DNA of 64,000 nucleotides from an uncultured Spirochaetales bacterium (GTDB lineage Bacteria > Spirochaetota > Spirochaetia > Sphaerochaetales > Sphaerochaetaceae). Below, one piece after another: positions 51,645 to 61,522 of the stretch. Location of the stretch: positions 5,686 through 69,685 of the forward strand of contig CASFJV010000052.1 of NCBI GenBank assembly GCA_949295125.1, given 5' to 3'. The notes beneath the pieces were generated by a model, which ran no database searches, had not been told where the DNA came from, and saw only the letters and a list, made by a program, of their open reading frames with translations. The first letter of the stretch is position 1; every line of letters starts with the position of its first letter. Both the position numbers and the translations under genes were made by a program.

Positions 51645-53234
51645 TCACTTTCCGCTGTCGCCATAGTTTGAAAGCACCCTTGCAGATGGGTCATCCACAT
51701 CACATCCCGGCCATGCTCTATTAGGCATCCAGAATCCTGGAATCATGTCTGCCTGCCCTTTGTAGTACTTTTCAAAGATTGTCCTGTAAAGAAGGCTCTC
51801 CGGGGTAAACGGCCTTCCTTTCTCCGGATACTGCATGCATAGCTTTTTCCAGTCTGTATCCCTGTAGAGATCCTCTGCATACTCCTTTATGTCATTTACA
51901 AGACTGTGCCCCACTGCATCCGAGAAAGCTGCTTTCTGCCTCCATAGGATATCCTCGGGCAGGTATGTGCCATCATCAAAGGCTTTCCTCAAAAGGTATT
52001 TTCCCATATTGTATGTATTCATCTTCATCTCAGGATCTATTGACATCACGTAATCAACGAATTCAAGATCCCCGAAAGGAACCCTGGCCTCAATTGAGTT
52101 ATCTGCAATGCACCTGTCTGCCCTGAGCACGTCATATGCATAGAGCTCCCTCATTCTCTTCTCAGCTTCCCTCTGGAAGGCCTCAGCACTCGGTGCGAAA
52201 TCCGTATACTTATAGCCGAAGAGCTCATCAGATACCTCTCCCGTAAGAAGCACCCTTATATCAGTGGTCTCATGTATCTTCTTGCATATGAGGTACATTC
52301 CCATGCTTGCCCTTATTGTCGTTATATCATAAGTGGCAAGGGAATATATGACCTCTTCAAGGTGTGAGATCACATCATCCCTTGTTATGATCACTTCAGT
52401 ATGGTCTGCTTTCAGGAAATCAGCCACTTTTTTTGCATACTTCAAGTCAATTGCATCCTTTTCCATTCCGATTGCGAATGTCCTGATCCTCTTTGGCATA
52501 AGGCGGCTTGCTATTGAGCATACAAGGGAACTGTCAAGGCCGCCAGAGAGGAGGAAGCCGAGGGGGGCATCGCTGTCAAGCCTTTTTTCAACACCTTTTA
52601 CCAGGCGTTCCCTGATTCCTCCAGCAATTTCCTCCACGCTTCCCTTTATCTTCCTATCCGTCAGGCCGACATCATGGTATTTTATGAATCTGCCATCCTC
52701 GTAATAGCATCCGGGAGGAAATGGCATGATCTTATCACAGAGGCCAAGAAGAAGCCTTGCCTCAGAAGCGAATGCGATTTTCCATTCACTGTCATAGCCA
52801 TAGAAGAGTGGCCTTATTCCGATCGGATCCCTTGCAGCTATGAAGTCATCCTTTCCTGCATCATATATGACAGTGGCATATTCAGCATCAAGCATAGAGA
52901 ACATACTGACTCCATATTTCTCATAAAGGGGAAGGATTACCTCACAGTCAGAGTTTGATGAAAAAGCATATCCTTCGCTCTCCAGTTCAGCCTTTATCTT
53001 CCTAAATCCGTAAATCTCACCATTGGTTGCAGCATAGCATCCATTCCTTTCAAACGGCTGCATGCCGCTCTCATCAAGGCCCATTATCGCAAGGCGCTGG
53101 AATGCAATTACGCGGCCTCTGGAAAGTTCTACAGTCCTCATCTCATCAGGACCTCTCATTACTGTGCGCTTAAGGTATGAGCGCACATCATCCAGGGATA
53201 GCTGCCTTCCTGAATATGCAAATACTGTACACAT
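51645..53234 (-). CDS. asnB: Asparagine synthase (glutamine-hydrolysing)
   Basis: N-terminal MCTVFAY (Cys2 nucleophile of Ntn amidotransferases) and the PP-loop LSGGLDSS. 529 aa. Confidence 0.9.
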   Translation of the reverse strand: MCTVFAYSGRQLSLDDVRSYLKRTVMRGPDEMRTVELSRGRVIAFQRLAIMGLDESGMQPFERNGCYAATNGEIYGFRKIKAELESEGYAFSSNSDCEVILPLYEKYGVSMFSMLDAEYATVIYDAGKDDFIAARDPIGIRPLFYGYDSEWKIAFASEARLLLGLCDKIMPFPPGCYYEDGRFIKYHDVGLTDRKIKGSVEEIAGGIRERLVKGVEKRLDSDAPLGFLLSGGLDSSLVCSIASRLMPKRIRTFAIGMEKDAIDLKYAKKVADFLKADHTEVIITRDDVISHLEEVIYSLATYDITTIRASMGMYLICKKIHETTDIRVLLTGEVSDELFGYKYTDFAPSAEAFQREAEKRMRELYAYDVLRADRCIADNSIEARVPFGDLEFVDYVMSIDPEMKMNTYNMGKYLLRKAFDDGTYLPEDILWRQKAAFSDAVGHSLVNDIKEYAEDLYRDTDWKKLCMQYPEKGRPFTPESLLYRTIFEKYYKGQADMIPGFWMPNRAWPGCDVDDPSARVLSNYGDSGK

Positions 53235-53244
53235 ACATCCTCCT

Positions 53245-53297
53245 AAAAAAAAGACGCCCTAAGATCTGGAGAGTGTATCCCCACACCTTAGGACGCC
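53245..53297 (-). terminator. Leader terminator/attenuator immediately upstream of the asnB SD
   Basis: Minus strand reads GGCGTCCTAAG-N23-CTTAGGGCGTC (9 of 11 pairs) followed by T8, then AGGAGG and the ATG at 53234. Confidence 0.6.
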
Positions 53298-53472
53298 TTT
53301 GTCCTCATCCTGAAAATATGTATGCAAATTTACAAAAAAAGGGAAAATATGTCACGCTCAAAAGAGGCAAAAAAGCAAAAAATAATGGAGAATTTACGTG
53401 GACAAATCCATAATTGTTTGCTTTCTAACGAAATATTTTTTGAATTTCTGATCACATTTCAGTCCAGCAATC

Positions 53473-53501
53473 TTGACTTAGCATGCCTTTCTGGCTATAA
53501 C
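53473..53501 (+). promoter_or_regulatory. Candidate sigma-70-type promoter for pyrG
   Basis: TTGACT (53473-53478), a 17-nt spacer, then TATAAC (53496-53501). Confidence 0.5.
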
Positions 53502-53520
53502 AACACCATTAATGAACGAA

Positions 53521-53556
53521 GGCGTTCACCATCAGGTGGGCGCCTTTTCTCTTTTT
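53521..53556 (+). terminator. Leader terminator/attenuator between the pyrG promoter and the pyrG SD
   Basis: GGCGTTCACC-ATCA-GGTGGGCGCC forms a 10-bp stem (two G-U pairs) followed by TTTTCTCTTTTT. The ATG lies at 53570. Confidence 0.65.
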
Positions 53557-53569
53557 ACGGGGGAAAAGG

Positions 53570-55171
53570 ATGAGTAAACACATATTTGTGACAGGCGGAG
53601 TCGTATCAGGACTTGGAAAGGGAATAACAGCTGCAAGCCTTGGACGTCTCCTGAAGGCAAGAGGGATTAAAGTCGCAGCCCAGAAGCTTGATCCATATGT
53701 CAATGTGGATCCCGGAACGATGAGCCCTTACCAGCATGGGGAAGTATTCGTTACGGATGACGGGGCCGAGACTGACTTGGATCTTGGACACTATGAGAGG
53801 TTCATTGATGAGAACCTCAACAGGCTTTCCAACCTTACAAGCGGGAAAGTGTACTGGAATGTCCTTCATAAGGAAAGGAAAGGGGAATACCTTGGAGCAA
53901 CAGTGCAGATAATCCCACACGTAACCAACGAGATAAAGAAATTCATATATGATCTTGGAACGCTTACAAATGCTGATGTTGTCATAACAGAGATCGGAGG
54001 AACGATCGGAGATATAGAATCCCAGCCGTTTCTTGAAGCTGTGAGGCAGATTCGAAGCGAAATCGGAAGGGAAAATACAATGTTTATACATGTAGTTCTC
54101 GTCCCTTACCTCAAGTGTTCTGGTGAGCATAAGACAAAGCCTGCCCAGCACAGCGTCCACGAGCTGCAGGGAATGGGAATAATGCCGGACTGCATTATCG
54201 CAAGATCGGATGAGCCGCTGGAGGCCGGAATACTTGAAAAGATTGCAGCGTTCTGCAACACCGAGAGGGAAGCTGTTATTGAGAACCAGAGCCTTGGAAG
54301 CCTTTATGAGGTTCCCCTAATGCTCCATGAGAGGGGGCTTGATGGTTATGTGCTCCGCCGCCTTGGCCTTTCTTCAGGCCCGATTGACCTATCCGGATGG
54401 AAAGAGATGGTTGAAAAGCAGAGGAAGGCTGAGGGCAGGGTTGAGATTGCAGTCTGCGGCAAATACACGCAGCTGCACGATGCGTACCTTTCAATCATAG
54501 AAGCGCTGAACCATGCAGGAATTGAGAACGGGGTAAAGGTTGCAATACGGTGGGTTGACAGTGAGCTTGTAGAAAAGGATGGACCGGAAGTCCATCTTGA
54601 GAAAGCCGATGGAATACTTGTTCCCGGAGGCTTTGGAGAGCGTGGAATAGAGGGGATGATCATGGCATGCCGCTATGCAAGGCAGAATGATATCCCATAC
54701 CTTGGAATATGCCTTGGAATGCAGATTGCCGTTATAGAGGCAGCGCGTAACATGGCCGGCCTTGAGGGGGCAAACTCAAGGGAATTCAGCCAGGATAACC
54801 CGTTTGCGGTTATTGACCTCATGGAAGACCAGAAGAGCCTTGATGAAAAGGGGGGTACAATGAGGCTTGGCGCATACCCATGCCACGTGAAGAGCGGTAC
54901 GCTGCTTTACAGGATCTATGGGGAAAGCAACATCAGTGAGCGCCACAGGCACAGGTATGAAGTCTCAAATGAATTCAGGAAAGTCCTTGAGGACTCTGGT
55001 GTTGTCTTTTCCGGCCTCAGCCCAAGCGGAACTCTTGTGGAGGCGATGGAGAATCCGGCAAACAGGTTCTTTCTGGGTGTGCAGTTCCATCCGGAGTTTA
55101 AGAGCAGGCCTAACAGATGCCATCCTGTCTTTGCCTTTTTTGTAGCATCTGCGATAAAAAAGGGTTTATAA
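53570..55171 (+). CDS. pyrG: CTP synthase
   Basis: Starts [25 protein letters not shown]. The C-terminal GATase has the GICLGMQ Cys and the HRHRYE motif. Confidence 0.95.
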   Translation: MSKHIFVTGGVVSGLGKGITAASLGRLLKARGIKVAAQKLDPYVNVDPGTMSPYQHGEVFVTDDGAETDLDLGHYERFIDENLNRLSNLTSGKVYWNVLHKERKGEYLGATVQIIPHVTNEIKKFIYDLGTLTNADVVITEIGGTIGDIESQPFLEAVRQIRSEIGRENTMFIHVVLVPYLKCSGEHKTKPAQHSVHELQGMGIMPDCIIARSDEPLEAGILEKIAAFCNTEREAVIENQSLGSLYEVPLMLHERGLDGYVLRRLGLSSGPIDLSGWKEMVEKQRKAEGRVEIAVCGKYTQLHDAYLSIIEALNHAGIENGVKVAIRWVDSELVEKDGPEVHLEKADGILVPGGFGERGIEGMIMACRYARQNDIPYLGICLGMQIAVIEAARNMAGLEGANSREFSQDNPFAVIDLMEDQKSLDEKGGTMRLGAYPCHVKSGTLLYRIYGESNISERHRHRYEVSNEFRKVLEDSGVVFSGLSPSGTLVEAMENPANRFFLGVQFHPEFKSRPNRCHPVFAFFVASAIKKGL

Positions 55172-55178
55172 TTGGCTG

Positions 55179-56102
55179 ATGGAAAAAATGCTAGTCACGG
55201 GAGGAGCCGGTTTCATGGGCTCCTCTTTTGCCAATTATATTATGAAAAGGGATGATGTATGCATTGTGGTCCTTGATGACCTTACATATGCCTCAGACCT
55301 ATCCCGCCTTGATTGGACTGGAAAGATCACTTTTGTTAAAGGTGATATCTCTGATGAGGATCTCGTTGAAAGGCTTTTCAGGGAGAATGCCTTTGACTAT
55401 GTGGTCAATTTCGCAGCTGAGACTCATGTTGATAGGTCAATAATGGACTCAAGGAAATTCCTTAAGAGCAATGTCATCGGGGTAGGTGTGCTGCTCGATG
55501 CTGTGAGGAGGCACAGTGTAAAGCGGTTCCATCAGATATCAACAGATGAAGTATATGGGGATACGGATTTCAGCTCAGAAGAATCATTTGATGAGATGAG
55601 CCCACTCAGGCCAAGCAATCCGTACTCAGCAAGCAAGGCAGCTGCAGATATGCTCTGCCTCTCATATTACAGGACATATGGCATTCCTGTCACAATAAGC
55701 CGATCTGTGAATAACTATGGATCAAAGCAGAACAGCGAGAAGTTCATACCAAAGGCCATTGAGTGCATAAAGAGCGGAAGGGCGGTACCAGTATATGGAA
55801 GCGGGGAGAACATAAGGTCATGGATCCATACATCTGACCACAGCAGGGCCGTTGACCTCATATTGAGGAAAGGGAAAGTGGGAGAAGTGTACAACATATC
55901 TGCAGGATTTGAGATCAGGAATATAGATGTAGTGAGGAAACTGCTTGAGATCCTTGGAGCTGATGAGAGCCTTATAGAGTATGTTGAAGACAGGCCCGGG
56001 CATGACAGGAGATACAGCCTGGACTGCAGCAAGATAAGCAAGCTCGGATTTTCAGCAATGATCAGTTTTGATGAAGGGCTGAGGGCGCTTGCTCTGTCAT
56101 GA
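55179..56102 (+). CDS. rfbB: dTDP-glucose 4,6-dehydratase-like NAD-dependent epimerase/dehydratase
   Basis: GGAGFMGS Rossmann motif, ISTDEVYG, YSASKAA (YxxxK) and RPGHDRRY. It is slightly short at the C-terminus. Confidence 0.75.
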   Translation: MEKMLVTGGAGFMGSSFANYIMKRDDVCIVVLDDLTYASDLSRLDWTGKITFVKGDISDEDLVERLFRENAFDYVVNFAAETHVDRSIMDSRKFLKSNVIGVGVLLDAVRRHSVKRFHQISTDEVYGDTDFSSEESFDEMSPLRPSNPYSASKAAADMLCLSYYRTYGIPVTISRSVNNYGSKQNSEKFIPKAIECIKSGRAVPVYGSGENIRSWIHTSDHSRAVDLILRKGKVGEVYNISAGFEIRNIDVVRKLLEILGADESLIEYVEDRPGHDRRYSLDCSKISKLGFSAMISFDEGLRALALS

Positions 56103-56199
56103 TGCACTGAAACTGCTTTTTTTGCCACAATAAATGGCAATATTCAGTTAGGTTTTACCTGATGCATATGGTAAGATGTAATCAGTATGGAGGTCTTCT

Positions 56200-56877
56200 A
56201 TGTTGCATCTTTTCCTGGATACTGCGGATATTGATGAGATCAGGGATGCCTACAGCCTTATAAGGCTTGATGGCGTTACCACGAATCCAAGCATACTGGC
56301 AGGAGCCAAGAATAAGTACGGCTCTCCGGTGCTTGAGCTGAAGGTGATATACAAATTCCTTGAGGAGCATGGCGGACAGCTTCACATCCAGCCGGTAGCA
56401 TCGCTTTATGATGAGATTCTGAAAGATGCCTACTATATCCTTGAGGAAGTTGGGGAGAATGTCTGGATAAAGATACCGGTTACTGAAGACGGGCTTGCCG
56501 CAATAAGCAGGCTTTCTGCTGAAGGGATAAAAGTTACAGCTGCCTCTGTCTTCACATTCACCCAGGGAATGCTTGCCTACAAAGCCGGTGCAGATACTGT
56601 ATCTGTGTACTGCAACAGGGCTGAGGAGAAAGGTATAGAGTATGCCCATGTGATAGAAAGCCTCAAGAATGCTTTCCCTGACAGGGTTCTGCTTGCGGCA
56701 TCCTTCAGGACAACGGATCAGATAGAGAGGGCATCTTTTGCCGGTGCAGACAGCCTTACAATCAAGCCAAAACTGCTTTTCCAGGACCTGAAGACGGATT
56801 TGATGCGCGATACTGTTGCCAATTTCCAGTTTTCATGGGAAAGTGCATTTAAAAGCAGGAACTTAAGGAGAGAATAG
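56200..56877 (+). CDS. Transaldolase-family protein / fructose-6-phosphate aldolase type
   Basis: LFLDTADIDEI, GVTTNPSIL and WIKIPVT (Schiff-base Lys context). About 220 aa, the short Tal/Fsa class. Confidence 0.8.
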   Translation: MLHLFLDTADIDEIRDAYSLIRLDGVTTNPSILAGAKNKYGSPVLELKVIYKFLEEHGGQLHIQPVASLYDEILKDAYYILEEVGENVWIKIPVTEDGLAAISRLSAEGIKVTAASVFTFTQGMLAYKAGADTVSVYCNRAEEKGIEYAHVIESLKNAFPDRVLLAASFRTTDQIERASFAGADSLTIKPKLLFQDLKTDLMRDTVANFQFSWESAFKSRNLRRE

Positions 56878-56878
56878 T

Positions 56879-58033
56879 ATGCATAGTGTCAAGATAAAGG
56901 GAGTGATAAAGGATTACGCATGGGGAAATGACTATTTCCTCCCATCCCTCCTGGGAGTCAGGAATGATGGCCCGAAGGCTGAGTACTGGATGGGAACACA
57001 CAGCTCTGGGGATGCAGTGCTTGAAAACGGGGAGAAATTCAGTTCCTATATATCATCAGATCTTGAAAGTGCGATAGGAAAAGAAGGGAAATGCAAATTC
57101 GGTAAGTTCCCTCTCCTTTTCAAGATACTGGCAATTGAGAAGCCGCTTTCGCTGCAGTGCCATCCGAATCTTGAACAGGCAAAGGATGGATGGAAGAGGG
57201 AAGAGGAGCTGAGAAAGGAAGGCAGGGACCATAATTACCAGGATGATAATGAGAAAGCAGAGATAATCTATGCCCTTACGCCGATAACTGCCATGTGCGG
57301 ATTCAGGAGCGTGGATCAGATTGAGAGTAATTTCAGCAAATACATCCCATCATCCTTTATGAGGATCTTTTCTGGAAAGATAGACAGTATAGAGAAAATG
57401 TTCTTCAGCCTCTACAGCCTGCCTATGGATGATAGGATAAGCGTGCTGGATGAACTGGGAAAGAGCATCAGCAGAAACGGTGAGAAGGAAAAGGATGGAG
57501 AGTTCCTGACCCTTTCAGGGATTGTCTGCGAATGCCTGAGGGAATATCCTGCAGATATCGGAACCCTTGCTCCCCTTTTCATGAATATCGTGCATCTTGA
57601 GCCCGGAGAGGCGCTGTACCTGAAACCTGATACCCTTCATGCATATGTCCTTGGCAATGGCGTTGAGCTGATGAGCGCATCTGACAATGTCCTCAGGGGT
57701 GGGCTGACAAAGAAAAGGGTGGATCTTGATGAGCTTAAGAGGATCATGGAATTCTCCTCTCTTGATGTTGAGAAGGTGAAGTGTGAGAAAGATGGGCAGA
57801 ACAGGATCCACATGAAGACGGAAAGCTCTGCTTTTGAGCTTTTAAGAATGGACAGCGGACGCTATGAACAGTCAGCCCAGGCTGGCATCCTGATAGTTAT
57901 AAGCGGAACCATGAGGATAGAAGATGGGGATGAAAAGCTTGAGCTTGATAAAGGCGAGGCGGCATTCATACCGTACTCCTCATCTGTCAGGATTTCACTT
58001 GAAGGCCTAGCTTTTGAGGCTATTGTCCCTTAG
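56879..58033 (+). CDS. manA: Mannose-6-phosphate isomerase, class I
   Basis: YAWGN..., EYWMGTH, LSLQCHPN and later LHAY...GVELMSASDNVLRGGLT are typical type I PMI motifs. Confidence 0.85.
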   Translation: MHSVKIKGVIKDYAWGNDYFLPSLLGVRNDGPKAEYWMGTHSSGDAVLENGEKFSSYISSDLESAIGKEGKCKFGKFPLLFKILAIEKPLSLQCHPNLEQAKDGWKREEELRKEGRDHNYQDDNEKAEIIYALTPITAMCGFRSVDQIESNFSKYIPSSFMRIFSGKIDSIEKMFFSLYSLPMDDRISVLDELGKSISRNGEKEKDGEFLTLSGIVCECLREYPADIGTLAPLFMNIVHLEPGEALYLKPDTLHAYVLGNGVELMSASDNVLRGGLTKKRVDLDELKRIMEFSSLDVEKVKCEKDGQNRIHMKTESSAFELLRMDSGRYEQSAQAGILIVISGTMRIEDGDEKLELDKGEAAFIPYSSSVRISLEGLAFEAIVP

Positions 58034-58042
58034 GAGATTTTT

Positions 58043-58957
58043 ATGGATATAAAGGAAAAAGAGGTGAAGGCAGTCTCCGGCTATCCAGTGCTGTCAATCA
58101 TAATAGCATCAGCATTTATCATCATTGCTCTCTTCATTTACTGCATTGCTTTTTCCATCTCTTCTACTGCTGTGATTGTTTCCTCTGTGCTTTTTGTCCT
58201 CTTTGCACTCATCCTTCCCGTCATTTCAATGGGATTCAGGATCCTTAAGCCGAACCAGGCTTATGTATTCACTTTGTTTGGAAAGTACCATGGGACGCTG
58301 AAAAGGGAAGGGTTTTACTTTGTAAATCCATTTGCTGTCGCTTCCAATGGCAGTGGAGAGAGGAAAGCAGTGTCGCTGAGGGTTCAGAGCCTTGTGAATG
58401 CAGTGCAGAAAGTGAATGACAGGATGGGCAATCCCATCATGGTCGGTGCTGTAGTCATCTGGAAGGTTGAGGATCCGACAAAGGCGGTCTTCGTCGTTGA
58501 TAATTATAATCAGTTCCTTTCAAACCAGGCGGACAGCATCATCAGGAATGTTGCAAGGCTCTATCCGTATGACAGCCTGAGCGACAGTGATGAGAATGAG
58601 GAGCTTACTCTCAGGGGCTCATCAGAGGAGATTGCAGAAAGGATGCAGAAAGAGCTCGAAGAGAGTGTGATGGAGGCAGGACTGAAGATCATGGAAGTGA
58701 GGATCAACCAGCTCTCCTATGCGGAAGAGATAGCGCAGGCGATGCTGCAGAGGCAGCAGGCTGCAGCAATAATAGCTGCCAGGAGAAAGATAGTTGAGGG
58801 GGCTGTCTCAATGGTTGACATGGCCCTCAGTGAGCTTAAGAAAGGGCAGGTGGTCGAGCTTGATGAGGAGCATAAGGCCCAGATGGTTTCAAATCTCTTA
58901 GTCGTCCTATGCGGCAGCAAGGATGCACAGCCAATTGTGAACAGCGGGGCACTATGA
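58043..58957 (+). CDS. SPFH/Band 7 (stomatin-like) membrane protein
   Basis: Two N-terminal TM helices, then an SPFH core (NQAYVFTLFGKYHGT...VNDRMGNPIMVGAVVIWKV) and a helical AEEIAQAMLQRQQAAAIIAAR region. Confidence 0.8.
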   Translation: MDIKEKEVKAVSGYPVLSIIIASAFIIIALFIYCIAFSISSTAVIVSSVLFVLFALILPVISMGFRILKPNQAYVFTLFGKYHGTLKREGFYFVNPFAVASNGSGERKAVSLRVQSLVNAVQKVNDRMGNPIMVGAVVIWKVEDPTKAVFVVDNYNQFLSNQADSIIRNVARLYPYDSLSDSDENEELTLRGSSEEIAERMQKELEESVMEAGLKIMEVRINQLSYAEEIAQAMLQRQQAAAIIAARRKIVEGAVSMVDMALSELKKGQVVELDEEHKAQMVSNLLVVLCGSKDAQPIVNSGAL

Positions 58958-60402
58958 ATAAAAAGATAATGTTTTCCGCCCTGCTGCTTTTTTCCCTCTC
59001 CAGTGTTCCTGCCTTGACACTTGATGAGATAATCAATGCAGCAAACAGCGTCAGCTATGAGGTGAAGAATGCAGAGCTCAGCCATGCAAACAGCCTTCTC
59101 CAGATTGAAGAGTCAGACATTGATGACGAGGCTCTATGGTCTGTTGAGGCAGCAGTTACTCCGCTCTCATCCAATGACCTTTCTTCGGACAGTTTTGATA
59201 TCGGGACTCTCAATGCCTCCGTTACCCTCCCAAATGATGGAAAGACGGCAATCTCTGTCTCTTCGCCGCTTGCATTCGGCTATGACGGCGCCTTCTCCAT
59301 CTCTCCAGGTGTCAGGGCATCGCATACATTCGATTTCAATTACTTTGATGAAGACAGGATAACAGATCTCAGCAATGCACGCTCCAGGATAAGCACAGAG
59401 CGTGTCTACTACAGTGCTCTTTACAGTTTCAACCAGTCTGTAATTGCAATGGTTTCCAATATCCTTACAGTTGAGCGTGGAATTAAGAGCTATGAGCACA
59501 GCATAAGGAATGCAGAGCGTGAGATAAGCAACATGCTCTCTCTCAGGAGTGCAACAGAAGAGAGCATCTCTTATAAGAGGGCAAAGCTTGAAGCGGATAA
59601 CCTGAAGCGTTCGCTTGAGAACTACCAGGACCAGTATGAGAAGGCAAAGGAGCAGTTCAAGGCTGCTACCGGACTGGACTGGGATGGACTTGAGCCGTTT
59701 GATCTCCCATCCCTGAATCTCTCTGTAATGGAAAACGGGAATTCTGAGGTGATGGAGTACAGCCTTGACTCTGAAATTGCACGGCTGAGTGTCGAAGAGA
59801 AAGAAAAGGCAATGGATCCCATGTCCCTCCTAGTGGGCGGAGGGCTTGGTATGGGCATAAAAAATGAAAAAGGGAAGGCAAGATACGATTCGGGCCTTGA
59901 AGGGGCACTGAAGAAATGGGAGGATACCATCTCTGCAGATCTTTCTGCTGACCTTTCTCTCTCCAACTGGAGCCTTGGGGCATCCTTCAGCGCATCAAGC
60001 CCGCTTGATAGTCTTGAGCTGACACCTAAGCTTACAATCAGTGGATCATGGAAGAACAATACGGCGCTGGAAGCAGACAGGCTGGAGCTTGAGAGGCTGA
60101 GGAACAGCGCAGTGGGTGCAGAAAATGATTACCTTGATTCCCTCACCAGCTACAATATTGAGGGAAGGACACTTGAGAACAGGATCCTGGATTTCAATTT
60201 CAGGATGCTTAATGCCACACAGAATGAAGAGTACTTGAGATCTGTGCTTGAGAGTGAGAAAGAGTATTATGGAAAGGGGCTTATAAGGATTGAGGATGTG
60301 GAGGATGCGGAATTTAACCTCTCTGATGCGGAGTATGAGACGCTTATCACATCCCTTGATGGCCTTTCGCTATACTATGATCTGCTGATCTATTCACTTT
60401 GA
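58954..60402 (+). CDS. TolC-family outer-membrane efflux protein
   Basis: The ATG at 58954 overlaps the SPFH stop (ATGA). Signal peptide MNKKIMFSALLLFSLSSVPA, then two repeats of long helical/beta segments typical of OEP proteins. Confidence 0.7.
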   Translation: MNKKIMFSALLLFSLSSVPALTLDEIINAANSVSYEVKNAELSHANSLLQIEESDIDDEALWSVEAAVTPLSSNDLSSDSFDIGTLNASVTLPNDGKTAISVSSPLAFGYDGAFSISPGVRASHTFDFNYFDEDRITDLSNARSRISTERVYYSALYSFNQSVIAMVSNILTVERGIKSYEHSIRNAEREISNMLSLRSATEESISYKRAKLEADNLKRSLENYQDQYEKAKEQFKAATGLDWDGLEPFDLPSLNLSVMENGNSEVMEYSLDSEIARLSVEEKEKAMDPMSLLVGGGLGMGIKNEKGKARYDSGLEGALKKWEDTISADLSADLSLSNWSLGASFSASSPLDSLELTPKLTISGSWKNNTALEADRLELERLRNSAVGAENDYLDSLTSYNIEGRTLENRILDFNFRMLNATQNEEYLRSVLESEKEYYGKGLIRIEDVEDAEFNLSDAEYETLITSLDGLSLYYDLLIYSL

Positions 60403-60412
60403 GGAATTGACT

Positions 60413-61522
60413 ATGGATAGTAAAGAGAACAGTAAGAGGGATCCCGAGAGCCTCTCAGAAGTGGAAGAGAGGAAGCTCAGGGCAGCATATGCGAGGAAAA
60501 AGAGGAATAAAAGGATCAGGACAATAGTGCTCTGGGCACTTGTCGCTGCAACAGTTGCCACGCTTTATATGATGTATACGCAATACCAGAAGGACAGGGC
60601 AGAGAGTGCGGCAGCAATTGAGATGAGCGTCTATGCCGAGACTAGGGTGCAGAAGCAGAGCTACAGGATGAGCATAGACCTTTCCGGCTATATAGAACCT
60701 TATGATATCCAGGAAGCAAAGTTCAGGACGACGGGCACTGTCACTGGCGTATATGTTAAGGAGGGGGACCAGGTAAAAGCCGGACAGCTTCTTGCCTCCA
60801 TAGACAGCACCTCACAGATGGCGAATCTCGAGAGCATAAGGAACCAGATAGAAGAAGCGGAGCTCGCAGGATCGGAAAGGGATCTTGAGCTTTTAAGGCT
60901 TCAGCAGAAGGCTGCTGAGAATACGCTTGACTATACGAATATCTACGCAAACTTTGATGGCGTGGTTACCAGTGTGGATGTTGATCAGGGTGACTATTTT
61001 GAAGCCGGAGACCTTACGGTGCTCACTCTTGTTGACATCTCCAAGCTGAAGGCGACTGTAGAAATAGATGAGATAGACATGAAGTATGTGAAAGAGGGAA
61101 TGACTGCCTATCTCACCTTCGACAGCATGCCTGGTGAGACTGTTGAATCCTATGTTTCATATATCCCGATGCTTGGCCGCTATTCAGACAGCGGAATCGG
61201 AGTTGTCGATGTTGAGCTGACCATAGATGATCCTCCGTCCTCCATAATTCCAGGCTACTCCTTTGAAGGGATAATAAATGTTGAGGATGACGTTGAGATG
61301 CTGATCGTACCTCAGGCTGCCGTAAGCGTTGGGCGGGGCGGGGTGGCAACAGTCAACAGGAAACTTGATGACGGATCAACTGAGACTCTGCAGGTTCAGG
61401 TGCAGTACCTTGGAGAGAACCTGGTCCAGATCCTTTCAAGCAATATAAGTGAAGGGGATGTGCTTGTCTACCAGACAAGAAGCACATCGGATCCTATGAT
61501 GAGAATGATGGGCAGGCGTTAG
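60413..61522 (+). CDS. Periplasmic adaptor (HlyD/MacA-type membrane fusion protein)
   Basis: N-terminal TM, a lipoyl-like hairpin (GTVTGVYVKEGDQVKAGQLLASID ... ANFDGVVTSVDVDQGDY) and a coiled-coil insert. Confidence 0.85.
   Translation: MDSKENSKRDPESLSEVEERKLRAAYARKKRNKRIRTIVLWALVAATVATLYMMYTQYQKDRAESAAAIEMSVYAETRVQKQSYRMSIDLSGYIEPYDIQEAKFRTTGTVTGVYVKEGDQVKAGQLLASIDSTSQMANLESIRNQIEEAELAGSERDLELLRLQQKAAENTLDYTNIYANFDGVVTSVDVDQGDYFEAGDLTVLTLVDISKLKATVEIDEIDMKYVKEGMTAYLTFDSMPGETVESYVSYIPMLGRYSDSGIGVVDVELTIDDPPSSIIPGYSFEGIINVEDDVEMLIVPQAAVSVGRGGVATVNRKLDDGSTETLQVQVQYLGENLVQILSSNISEGDVLVYQTRSTSDPMMRMMGRR

Noticed and set aside
53298-53520. Possible T-box or known riboswitch in the asnB leader
   Set aside because: I found no T-box consensus (GGTGGTACCGCG-like) and no specifier-loop architecture by eye. 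The region is kept only as an unclassified attenuator candidate.
53177-53573. 78-aa and 83-aa plus-strand ORFs in the asnB-pyrG intergenic region
   Set aside because: They arise from A-rich promoter DNA, which gives a Lys-rich translation. They lack an SD and overlap the regulatory hairpins described above.
56182-56649. 155-aa minus-strand ORF over the transaldolase-family gene
   Set aside because: It is antisense to a gene with clear Tal/Fsa motifs, including the Schiff-base Lys context.
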